DNA of 64,000 bases from Xylographa opegraphella. Lineage: Eukaryota. Of this stretch, positions 12,442 through 24,311 are shown one piece after another. Below the pieces are notes generated by a model that saw only the letters and a list, made by a program, of their open reading frames with translations, was not told the origin of the DNA and ran no database searches. Location: assembly GCA_022813865.1 (NCBI GenBank), contig JALDZX010000004.1:620001-684000 (forward strand), given 5' to 3'. The position numbers and the translations under genes were made by a program. The stretch's first letter is position 1, and every line of letters begins with the position of its first letter.

Positions 12442-13312
12442 ATGAATATACTGAAAACGCGCCTGGACACTCAGGATATCATCTTCCTGAAAAACCTGCA
12501 TTTGTCCGCAGTCGTTGGAAAAGATGCATGGGGTCGGGCTGCAAAAGCTCAGCCGGTCGTTCTATCTATCGCTTTGCAGCAGAATCTCGTCAATGCTGCC
12601 GCTCGAGACGACATAAATCAGACTGTCAGTTATGGTCAAATATGCAAAGATGTGACCAAGTACGTCGAGACAGCGAAATCTTTCGACGATTTATTGTCTT
12701 TCAATAATTCGCTTTGTCAGGTCGCATCATTGAACAAATGGGGCGGCGGTAACCTGGATGTATTCACTATCTTACCCAAAGCCTCTCTTAGGGCAGAAGG
12801 GGGTCTTGGTCTAAGTACGAGCTTCTTAGGCGGCAAGGAAAGGATGATCGATGACAGCTCTGTTAAGTTTCTGGTCAAAGACATGAAATTATACTGTATC
12901 ATCGGGGTGAATTCACACGAACGGATGTCTAAACAGCTTGTCGTAATAAATCTAATGATTGAAGAAGATCGTGCCGAAAACCGGGCTCAGACAACGAGGA
13001 AAGCTCAGGTAACGAGGAGGATCGATGGGCATGCGTCCAATTGGAAATTGTTGTTACCTGATCTCATCCAGGTAATATACATCCTACTGTGGGTGTGGAA
13101 AGCTTGTGTTATTAACTTTCGTATCAGACTGTTGAAAGCTCGGGATATGAGACTCTGGAAAGCCTCGCAACGGAGATTGCTACAACGGCTTTAACAGGAT
13201 ATACTGTTAGCAGTATTGACGTTTCGGTTGAGAAGCCAAGTGCTTTGGCGTTTGTGGAAGGCGCCGGCGTCCAGATCAAAAGGACTTTCGCAGAAGATAG
13301 TGGTCTGAAGTG
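12442..13312 (+). CDS. Dihydroneopterin aldolase (two tandem FolB domains, standalone)
   Basis: VGKDAWGR..KAQPV, DDINQTVSYG, CIIGVNSHER..KQ; after intron 13072-13127 YETLESLA and VEKPSALAFVEGAGV; stop 13310-13312. Confidence 0.88.
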
Positions 13313-13629
13313 ATTCTCTGCATCTGAGGACGCTCAAGCACCTTCGTAGGCTTCTCATGTTGGCTTCTTTGAACGGAGCGCCGTTCCTTTCAGCGCAAAA
13401 GTGCGCTTATTATGTCGATTCAACACTACAAAGCGCTTTGTGCTGTTCGAGATTTCAGTCGCACTTGAATAGCTTATCCATTTTCATCATACTCAGATGG
13501 TTCCGTTCAGGAAGGAGTTCATGGGAAACCCTTATTACGTCCAGTCTGTTTAGTGGCACATAGGAATGGTGCAGTATATTTCAGGAAATTCGTTGTCTAC
13601 GGCATGTTCAAGAAGCCAATATGTCGAGG

Positions 13630-16046
13630 TCATCCGTCCAAACGCACGGTATCTTCCATTGGTTCGCCCTCCCCTCCTAGCTCCTGCTCGACCTCCTCTA
13701 CAACGAAGCCCTCATAGTCCTCCAGACTCTTCTGGATATGCACCTTGAACTTGATAATATCGTTGAGCATTCGCTCGATTTCTGTATGCAACTCTTCCCG
13801 AAGAGCGTTTGCTCGCAATGTCAATTGTTCGTACCTGCCGAGCGCTGATTAGTGGATGATCTGGAGACACGTGTGAGCACATACTCGATGTTGGTGTTCA
13901 TCTCTCTCTGTTCCATAAGCTGCACACTTTCCGTAAGGCCGGAACGCATCTTAGCAAGTTCTTTCTCCATCTTCTCTATCTGTGCGTCCGAGGCAAGTTT
14001 CTGGGTCGTTGTGACCTTGGAGGATGATTAGCATTGATTCCCTATACTATTTTCCAAACATACTTCTTTAGTCTTTTCAAATTCCTCTTCTCCCGCACGC
14101 ACTCTATGTTCCAAAGCAGCTACCTCGTTCTTTTTATCGTCGATGGCCTCGGAAAGCTCATCCAGTAGTCGGCGATTCTCTTCATCGTGGTCCCTAGCCA
14201 CATTTCTCCGCTTATTGATCTTTATTCTCAGACTGTTGAGCTGTTGCTTAATTGCACCTCTTAGGTCCAAGTTGAGGACTTTTGCAGGATGGTAGCCTAC
14301 TGAGCCATCAGCCAGCAGACGATCTCCGTCGCCATACTGAGAGGCGCCAAGCTGAGAGGATGAGAACGCTGGTGCATCAGTCAAAGAAAGGCGGAGTTCA
14401 TATTCTTCGCCCTTGGCGTTTGCTGCTGTTGATGGCAACAGACCCACACGATAACATAGCGAATTATACTCGTCGACTGCCACCTCGAGGTCTGCAAGTT
14501 TGTTACCCGCTTCTGCTTCCTTCTCAGCGACTTTTCGACGCGCTTCTTCAAGCTTTAGCTTGGCAGCTTCAAGGCCTTTCTGCAGTCTTTCTCGTTCGCC
14601 ATTCATCCTATCGATATCTTCTATAGAGATTCCCTGTTCGTCTACTGCTTTTTGTAGCGCCTTTTTCTCTTGCAATGCACTGCGGAGCTCCTCCTCCCAA
14701 TTCTCGATGTCCTTTCTCAGATGCTCGTTCTGTGTCTCAAACTTGTGAGTTTTTTTCTCGCCGTGTGGAACCCATTCTTCGAACTTTTTGATGTCATCAA
14801 CAAGGATTAGATGAGCTTTGTCCAGCTTTGCATTATCTGGAGTATCTCTTTCGGCCTCCTCAATCTGCTTCATGAGTGCTGCATTGGCAGCCTCAAACAT
14901 TTCCAAGTCTTCCGCATATGCCTTATTGCCTCGGTCAAACTCCGCGGCCATGGCTTCTACATGGGGCTGCAACTGCTGCTTGAAGTCCTCTTCATCTGCT
15001 TCCGGATCGTCGCTAGGCGTACTGGACAGGAAGGCACTGTAGGCACCGCCTAAGAACCGAAATATGATCCTATCACCGCTTACATCTACACCTGCTTGTG
15101 CACAGGCATCGTCGAAGTCGCCACGTTCATACCGCTCTAGCATCTGGGCCAGCTGCATGATCCAATGAAGCATACCAAGAAAGGTCGGCCAAGTATTTGC
15201 TGAACCTACTGCAGCAATTTGGCTTTTGCTAATACTTTTTTCGTAAGGATATCGCAATTGCTTCAGAATGGGAGGGACCTCTGTAGCGATATTCTTCTGG
15301 AACCGATAAGCGGGATCGATACGGTGATACAGCCATTGAAACATATACTCGAAGTCTTTTTGTATGGGAGATCGGATGTTGACGATCGAGTGCTTCATTT
15401 CCATCTCAAAATTGTTCTCGGTCATATATGCTAGAAGCTCCTCTGCCATAGTGTTTTGAGTAGCTCGATCTTTCAGCGGTCGTGGATCCTTTGGCACTCC
15501 GGCCGGTACTGGAGCTTGTACAAAGAACGATTGATGACCCATAGGCCCAGATGTGGAAGGACGAGAGTATATGCTGCTACGTCGTTGCAAGCTTTGAGAA
15601 GCGCTCATAGCCTGTTGCGTGTGTGGTGTCATAGCGCTGCCCGGTGCATAGCTCATACGACTGGACATATTTGTAGCGAAGAGATTCGTCGAGGAACTTC
15701 GCTGTGCAGTGGACGGCCGCCCCATATCAGCAAGATTCGTACCCGACGACGAACGCTGGAAAGCAGGTTGAGGAGGTCGATTTGGTGCAAAAGACATCCG
15801 CGATGAGGATGCGGAGCGTCCATGGTGAGTGGTATGAGGCGGTTGTATTTGTGATTCTTTGATATTTGAGATAGAACTTGAGCGCTTGAATGCGGAGGCA
15901 GGTTGTGGAATTGCGGAATTGTAATTGAGGCTTCCAAGAGTCTGATCGCGTAAGAGTTAGCATTTCAAGTCCTGGTATTATCTTTGTACATATTTACATA
16001 CTTCTCTTGGCCGGCGCACGCTGAACAAGTGCGTGTCTTGCGACAT
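13630..16046 (-). CDS. NDC80: Kinetochore protein NDC80/HEC1
   Basis: Starts [15 protein letters not shown] (ATG 16046); CH domain ([36 protein letters not shown]); long coiled coil; several introns. Confidence 0.95.
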
Positions 16047-16449
16047 CCCACCTTCGTGATTATTTCGCGTACCTAGTCTGAGGGTCTTGTGGGGAGGACT
16101 CGTAATTCGGTTCTCTTGTATGGTATAGCTGTAGATCTCAATATGTGGATGTAAATCATAGAGATATCGCGCAAGTATCAACCGGGTGTCGATTGCCTGC
16201 TTCGTCTCAAAGTAAACAAACACGGCGATTGGCCGTACCGCTAACTCCTTTAGGTAGCTTTCAATCTCAGCCCTACGTGTATCTGCCAAGACCGAGGTCT
16301 AATGATCCCCGACCACTGGTTTTGAATCTTGTAATGCGGTCTCGATGTCCTCGTCAGCCAATATTATGTTGAGAGGCTTTTCTCGATTTGACAACCAGGG
16401 ATGATGGTAACTTGATAAGTGTGTAACTTGGAGCTAGACCAAAATCATT

Positions 16450-17832
16450 ATGGTTCGAGAGGATCTCGTAACATCTGCGGTAAGTTGTACTTCACACGCC
16501 GCTGGCTCTTCACTGACGGCATAGCAGATCGCATGTACGTTTTCCGTCGCTATTCTATCGTGGGACAATAAATTTACGGAGACTTACTGATATATCCTCA
16601 GTTCTACAAGATCCGTCCGTCGCCGGCTCACCGATTGAGAAGCGAAAAGCATTCCTTCAATCGAAAAACCTCACAGAGGAAGAGGTTGCTATAGCTCTGG
16701 CGAGGGCTGGAGAAGACCAATCATATGCGGCTGCTTCTTCTCAGTATGGCTCGCCGACTTATACATACAACAATGCTCAACCCATGAGACAGCACTCGCA
16801 GGCACCATATAGCTACGGCTATGGATCTTATCAGGGTGGACCATGGGGCCAGCAGCCCCCGGAGTAAGCATATAACTTATGCGAAGATGTTCGGAGCTAA
16901 AATCATACTTCCACAGCCCACCACGGCGGGATTGGCGAGACTGGTTCATAATGGCGACGGTGACAGGTGGGGTCAGCTATGGTCTATATACTGTTGCAAA
17001 GGTAACGACGGACGCGCTATCATATTCCATTCCTCTCTCGATACTGATATGGGTGTAGCGATATGTCATGCCCCTGATCTCTCCGCCCACCCCACCCCAG
17101 TTAGAGCAAGACAAAGCTGCCATTGACGCCTCCTTCTCCCGTGCCTTCTCCTTGATTGACCAATTGGCCACTGATACCGCAGCCTTGAAATCTGCAGAAG
17201 AGTCACGAACAGAGGGGCTTGACAGCGCCCTACAAGAGGTGGAAGCAGTAATCAGTGAGCTTAAAGCCGCAAACAAGAGACGGGAGGATGACAGCAGGAG
17301 GATAGGGGACGAGGTCCGAGGACTAAAAGAAATGATTCCCAAAGCCTTAGAAGGGTGGAAAGCAGCGGAGGACATAAAACTCAAGGAACTCGGCGCCGGC
17401 CTGAAAAGCCTGAAAATATTGGTTGGCAATAGAGTTGGTGGGGATCAATCAACAGCAAATGCTGTAGGCAGGCCTTCCCAATTTTCCGAGCGGACAGGAG
17501 CAAATTCCAGCAACACGCCTAGAGGATCGGCGTCGCAGGCTCTTCCTTACACGGCTCCATCATATAGCCTGATTAGTGCCAGTGAGATGCAGGATGAGAA
17601 TTCTGCGGAGGCTCCACCATCGTCAGCTCCGGCTCCTGCGCCGGGTGTGAATGTTCCGAAACGGGAGGTGACAAGCCCTTTCAAGTTTGACCAAAGATCT
17701 GGAAGCAGGGCAGCCATACCAGCGTGGCAAATGGCTGCCGCTAGTAACAGCAAAGCGACGAAAATCCCAGCTCCAGAGCCCGCCAAGGTCGACGGTAGTG
17801 CAGAAGGGAGCGAAGCATCTGTTGATACATGA
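16450..17832 (+). CDS. PEX14: Peroxisomal membrane anchor protein PEX14
   Basis: MVREDLVTSA|IA(F)|LQDPSVAGSPIEKRKAFLQSKNLTEEE; RDWRDWFIMAT; C-terminal IPAWQ; 7-nt microexon 16528-16534. Confidence 0.95.
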
Positions 17833-18037
17833 TTGATTGTATTCGTTATCGAACTTCATTATGGCCGCTAAATCAATCTTGCTATTGGATAGCCACGAGG
17901 AGGGTGTTATGTATACCTCATAATGTTAACAATTTGGGGAATAGGCAAGAAGATGTAAGAATATATGCAACGCTCATCCGAGCTAAACGCTTGCACGACT
18001 GTTTTCAATATTGCACCTAACAACTAATTGTTCCGCA

Positions 18038-19563
18038 CTACACTGTCCGTCGTAACTCCTCCTCCCAAAGCATCCCCTTGTTGCCGCCTCGATATCGATC
18101 ATCACAACTCACAAAGCCCTCCCGGCCCTCGCCCCAACTCCACAGCCTGCTCAGCTCCTCATCCAGAGTTCCCTCCATCCTCTCCACGATCTTCTGCCCA
18201 AGGACCGGAAGGAACTTGAAGCCATGCCCGCTACCGCCCGTTGCGACCATCAAGCTCTTCCCATACTGGGGCACATAATCGACCAAGAAATCTCCCGACG
18301 GCGTATCCGTATACCAGCAGACCCGTGTTTGCGCGAAGGGGCGCTCGCCTAGCCAAGGCACGAACTCTCGCAGTGCCCTCCGGCAGGCCGCCTGGCCTTC
18401 CGATGGCATGGTCGTGAAGTCCGAGGCGGAGATGCTGACCTCGATCTCTTCGCCGCTGCCTGGCCGTTCCGGATGGGAGAGCCGGACTGGGTTCCGATAG
18501 CCGTAGCCATGGCGCGCGATCTTTAGCAGACCGTCTGAGGTGGGAGGCACGATGAACATGCCGGTGGACCCGTTGAGCAGGGTCGGAATGTCTGCGAGGC
18601 GTGCGGCTTCGGAAGGGGAGAGCTGGATGTATGAGAGGATCTGGCCCGTGGCAATGACGCGAGAACGGAGGTCCAGGAGCGAGGGCGTCCAGGCACCAGT
18701 GGCGAGGACGGTAAGGGCGCCAGTAAGGCGCGTGCGATCACTGAGGAGCACACCAGTGACAGTGCGAGTAGACTGCCCGGCGGAGGTAGGCGACGACGAT
18801 GTCTCTCCGTCCACTTCGTCCGAGAACAGAAGTCGCTCCGCCTGCCCAGAAGCCCACTCGAAGCTGCCTCTTTGCTTCCCCAGCTCATTGATCTTGCTCC
18901 TTGCCTCCTCCACGCCCCCCGCCGCGTCTATCCAGCCGCTTCCCCAGTTCACATATCCCCAATCGCCACTCCCGCCTTCCGTGCCGCGCATCACTTCCCT
19001 CACCGCCTGCCTGTCGGCCAAAACCTGAATCTGGCTGGCTTCCCCATCCAGTGCTTCCTCCGCATCTTGCCTCTGGATCTTACGCTGTCTCTGCAGGGCC
19101 AAGACATTTTCCAAGCAGTCCTTCACATATTCCTCTCCCGGCCCGCCGTCCCTGTCGGCGACGAGAGCAAGACCGCTTTCCTTGTATCTCCCATTTCCGG
19201 CCCACCCTGATTGCCACAGCTTCTGGGCTGAGGCCGCCAGCACTGCGTAGGCAGGGACGGCATAGTCGCTGCGGGTGAGGCGCGAGGAATCGATGGAGGC
19301 GGTGAGGGGGTTGAGCTGGGGACGAGGGGAACTCGGGTGAGGGGTCCTACTATCGAGGATGGTAATATGGGTTTGGGCATAGTGGGAAGAAGAGAGGAGG
19401 GCTAGGGCTGTGGAAACTGTATGTCAAGTGCAGGTCAGTTACCAGAGTTTGATTTTCTTCTCTTTTTGATGGGTGGGGTTGAAAGGCTACACGCACGACC
19501 AAAGACACCGGCGCCAACTATGAGGATAGAAGACGGAGGATCCTTTGTTGCCAGACTTGCCAT
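18038..19563 (-). CDS. FAD-dependent oxidoreductase, sarcosine/pipecolate/fructosyl-amine oxidase family
   Basis: ILIVGAGVFG, ASIDSSR..RSDY, RVCWYTDTPSGDF, ATGGSGHGFKFLP; one 5' intron. Confidence 0.9.
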
Positions 19564-20338
19564 CGTGAGTGTATGTTCAGGAGCAGATCAGGAACGTAAG
19601 CGGCTACTATATGCATTCAATTTTCGTGCGCGATCACGAAAAGTTGGCATTTGTAATCATGTATTCTTTCACGCAATCCACGGCAAGATGTACTCATAGT
19701 ATGGCATTGTAGTGATGCTATCAAAAGCCGAAAGCCACTACAAGTCATCATCAATTGCTTCCTAGATAACCTGCCGAAGTCAGATATCCGACGCAATCAA
19801 GCATTGGTTCTGTCGCATTTTGTGCTCCGAGACCAAAAGCGGCCGGGAGTTCAAGCTGAGTCCCTTGTCTCGCAATCATTCGCTCCTTCCATCATCCTTA
19901 TCAATTTTGTTATTCTAGTCCATCCACAACGAGCATGCTTTCCACGCAAGCTGTGTCATCACAATTACCAAAGGAAAATAGGCGGCACCTATCGAACCAG
20001 CGCACGCAACCACCTATGCAGTCGACGTAGTGCGACTGTCTAATGTATTAAGCGCAATCTGTATCGAGCCCATATGGCTCCCCTGAAAGAACACCATGTA
20101 AATGCAGCTAGCAATTTTGAAATGCAAAGAAATGGTGTCGATGGCGAAGACACGGCTGGCCAGAGTGCGAGGTATGCATCAATGGCAATACTGATGTCAG
20201 CTGTGCTTGCGAACCGAGGCAATGGTAGTCGTAACGCCGTCATGGAAAAGCTGTTCCTTTTAATACAAGAGAATCGAAAGATTGTGATGGTACATCGTGT
20301 CGGATGATCAACCACTGTTGAGTGTTGAATAGACAGAC

Positions 20339-21312
20339 TCATACTTTCCGGAAATCTAGAGATGTGAGCGATGACCCGATGGCACAGGAGGACGTGACAT
20401 ACCGGAGAGCACAGGGTAGATCATCTCGAACGCTTGGTAGATTTCTTCTCGCACCTTGGCACCAGTCAAGACAATTTTACCGCTTACGAAAATCAGAAGC
20501 ACGATCTTTGGCTTGATCATACGGTAGATTAAGCCCGGGAATAGCTCTGGTTCGTAGGAGCTGAAGTGGTGATGACGACTTGCAAGACCCTCAAGACGAA
20601 TTGGGAATTTGATGTCGCAGGAGCCGACGATATTCTGGATCTTAAAGTCGGTGAACTTGGCGTTGAAACCAAGTTTCTGAATAATTCTAGCATATTTTCT
20701 TGACGCGAGCTTAGAGTCGTCCTCAGACTTTGCCCCAGTGACAACCATTTTACCAGAAGCAAATATCAGAGCGGTCGTCTTGGGATCACGAATGCGCATG
20801 ATAACAGCCGCGAACCGCTGTCATAGTTTAGCAAATTCCCAAAACAACTATAGTCCCAGATCGTTAGTACCTTGGGGTTGTATTCGGCGTTTCTCGCATG
20901 GAGTGCAATCGTCTTGAGATCCAATCGGCAATCCAGATTGACTGTAGCAACGATATTTCTTGAAAGACGCCATTAAGCCTCGTCCTCAAACAACGAGACA
21001 GAAGGGCTACACTCACTGTAGAGTTGGAACAATCCCACTAACACCGTTCTGTATAGCACCAGGAGTCGCAGCAGGAGTTGTGGGAGTCACCCCGTTGCCT
21101 TCAATGCCGGCATTCCCTCCTGGTTTCTGCTGGCCGTTCGCATACCGGTTTGCACCAGTCGCCTGTCCAGATGTGCCAAGTGCCTGGTTGCTTCCATCTT
21201 TTTCAGAAGGTGGCGTCAAGTCTCCTGCTCCACCTGGATATGACAGTGATGCGGGTGAAGTGAAGGCTTTTGCCTGAAGTGCAGTAGAAGGGTGCGTAGT
21301 GAGAGAATCCAT
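20339..21312 (-). CDS. SPT15: TATA-box binding protein
   Basis: [16 protein letters not shown]...[30 protein letters not shown]...PVLS|DFRKV; three introns. Confidence 0.98.
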
Positions 21313-22801
21313 CCCCGTGGAGTAAACAACTCTCGAGCAATGTTCAACTCTGGGTATTGAGATGATATGACAGGCAAGATCTCGGTTAACAGTCTGTGAA
21401 CAAAGTTGTTGTCAGATTTGATGATTTCAGACCTGACTACGCAAACGGTAATGATATCGATATCGACGATGAATACCAAGCCGAATCGCGAGACCGCGCA
21501 GGTGAGCCGTACCGTATGTGGGAGATGAACAAGCAAATGTCTCCCTCACAGCCGCTGTTGTTGCGATAGTCTTAACGATCACCGAATATTCTTCTTTTCT
21601 CGATTCGGTGTCCGCCAAATGATGAACGATCACTAAATACAGTGATGAACCGATAGAAAGACGTTGTGGTTGGCAGTGATGATAAAAGTTGTCCTGTTTT
21701 GATGAAAGGCCAGCGGTCGCGCAAGCGCTCAAAAAACAAAATACTAAGTGTATCAAGGTGAAGGAGAGAGCACCTTGAACTGATCGCTCAAATTTGTCGT
21801 AAAATGTGTATTTAATTATCGCGATCGCTCTATCTAAACTCTTCCTAATTTCGCGGTGCGGTTGACGGTTGTGGCAGACCGTGGGTAGGTGAGTCACGAA
21901 TGTCAAGGAGGGATGGAGGGAAGGAGGGAAAAGATTTTCCAGTTTTATGCTTGGATTACTGTGCCGCCAAGCACGCTAGCTCTCTGGAGAGTTTGCGCCA
22001 CGGAGCCGCTCGCTCCCTTTCTTTCTCCTTTGTTGCGCCAACGCTGAATTCCATCCCCTTTCCTCCATCCCAGCCACGAGGCGGCCGACTTCCAGAAGAA
22101 AGCGCGAGCGTTCCTCATCAAGGCGCTTGTTCCAGAATATCGTCTACCTCGGCTTGTTACAAGGTTGCGGTCGCACTCACTCCTCGGATGGCCGCATGCG
22201 GCACAAAGCCTTCTCGCACAAGGCCCTTCCTTCCCTTCTTAGCTCTATATCTCTTTTCCTTTGCCTAGCCTCACTACATATATGACACCCGTTACTTTCC
22301 TGCTTCGTGTGCGGAGATCAGAGACCAATTTGCTGATGCTACGAGAATGCCACCTTAACACCCAATTTGAATGACTTCCGCGGTTAGAGTGACAATTTTC
22401 CGCACGTATTTAAACCTCGTAGCCGCGATACTTGATTTGTCTCAACATGAACTCGACGTGAGCCGCTTCTCCTATCATGCATCTTGTTTATTTAAGTAGT
22501 TCCAAACCTGAATACAATGCTCATATGATGTTACCCTGTTTCCAGCCAAAAGCTCAAAACGGAATATTCACAACATTGGCAAGACTCTACCCGGGTTGGT
22601 CCCATTGAAGAGGCTGTTACCACTTTGTATCTCATATGCAGTGAGAAATGAGAAATAGAAACGATCTGAGCAACGACACCACAAATGACATGACTATTTG
22701 CCGCAAGACTGCGGCAAGTCCACCACAAATAGACAATGGCGCATGCTAAGTTGTTCGTGCTTTACTGCAGCCATCAATATCAGCATTTTCATATAGCTTC
22801 C

Positions 22802-23960
22802 TCAGCCAAATCGTGCCCTAGCCAATTCGACCAAACCTTTCATCGTGGCCTCTTCCTTGGCTCGGTACTGCTTAACCCTCTCTTCCCTTTCCTCGGCTCT
22901 CGCCCTCAAAACCTCTTCTCTCCTGATTTCACGTTCATTTTTCTTCCTCTCCATTTCACGTTTCTGCTTCTTGAATCCTTCCAAGCCTCCTTCATCGTCC
23001 CCTAGTAATTCACTCTCTGGCACTTCAGCTACTCCGCCGACGTCAGTCTTGGCCGAGGCAAATGCTCGATTTGTGTCAGCCTTTTCTCGCTTCTTCTCCA
23101 GCATGCGCTCTTTAGAGCCAGCTTCGGCCCGCGGTACAAGCTCTTCCATTCTCTCCTTGTCCTTCTTTCGGTCTAACATTCGTTGCTGCCGGCGTGCTTC
23201 ATGTGCAGCAATATCGTCCTCGGTGGAAGTTTCTGCACTAACCAATCAGCCAATTCGCGGCCGTCACATATCTCTGTGATCAGTACTTGAAACTGACCAC
23301 GACGTAACTCGAGATCTTGTAAACTAGGAATTGTAGGACCTGATCGATGGAGCTTATTGAAGCTCTTTCCCTGATTCTCCGGCAACGCTGGGCCAATGTT
23401 TTCATCGTCACTACTTCCACTTCCATCAAGCGTTGCCTGCTTTTGGTTTGTGTTTTCGGGATATGATGTATAATCGCCGGGGTGTCTATTGGGAGAGGAA
23501 GGCCTGGTATACGAATCGATGGCTTTCCGTAAGATTACAGGATCATACCATCCTTCGGCTAGTTCTCCACGATTCCTCTCAAGTGTTAGCATTCGACTCT
23601 TCACATCATTAAAACGGTAGAGATACCAGCTTTGAGCCTGGCAATGTAGGATTTAGAGAAGACACACCATTTGCCAACGAAGCTCTTCCATCTGCCTCTC
23701 GCCTCGTTCTCTGACAGGTCGCCTAGTGCTAATTGCTTCTGAACCTCTAGATAAAGAGCAAAAATTGGTCTCTGCGAGCTATAATCATGCTTGCTAAGAT
23801 GAACAGCTTGGAAAGGTAGAAGAGTCGCAGGGACGGCTGGCCGCTTCCGCTTATGGTGATGGGTCTTTGGCGCAGGTGGAGCAGATTCTGGGGCTATATT
23901 GTGCTGGTCACCTTGACCGAGACTTTTCGGTCGTAAAGACGAAGTGTGAGAACCATCCAT
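22802..23960 (-). CDS. Conserved fungal hypothetical protein, charged coiled-coil C-terminus (3 exons)
   Basis: Three consecutive ORFs joined by introns: ARGRWKSFVGKW|NRGELAEGWYDP...GPTIPSLQDLELRR|...EELVPRAEAGSKERMLEKKR...LARARFG. Confidence 0.8.
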
Positions 23961-24186
23961 ACCGTTCGCATTATTTGTGGTGGAGCTGGTGGTATTCGTC
24001 AGGAATGAGCATGGAAGCTCGCTTAGGACTAGGACTATCCTAGGATAGGATAGTCTACCGAGTAGGATAAGGTATCTCGGAACTTATACCACAGTAGACC
24101 GTCTTCACTGAGACTCCATTCATGTACGTCGTCGCCGTTCTTAAGAGAAATGAGTTGAGACTCTTCCACATCTCAGAAGCTCACTT

Positions 24187-24240
24187 CGTTGATTACCATG
24201 AACGCGTTGATTACCATGAACGCGTTGATTACCATGAACG
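24187..24240. repeat. 18-bp tandem repeat x3 (CGTTGATTACCATGAACG)
   Basis: Three exact copies read directly. Confidence 0.95.
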
Positions 24241-24249
24241 CATCCATGT

Positions 24250-24311
24250 GATCCTACGCAAGAGGGATCCTACACAAGAGGGATCCTACGCAAGAGGGAT
24301 CCTACGCAAGA
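24250..24311. repeat. 16-bp tandem repeat, about 4 copies (ATCCTACRCAAGAGGG)
   Basis: Units begin at 24251, 24267, 24283 and 24299; one G/A difference; last unit partial. Confidence 0.95.

Noticed and set aside
12442..13312. Standalone DHNA lacking HPPK/DHPS domains as a novelty
   Set aside because: To my knowledge a split Fol1 architecture is common in filamentous ascomycetes
21350..21512. Possible 5'-UTR intron of TBP
   Set aside because: Donor (GTACGG) and branch placement are weak; cannot be supported without transcripts
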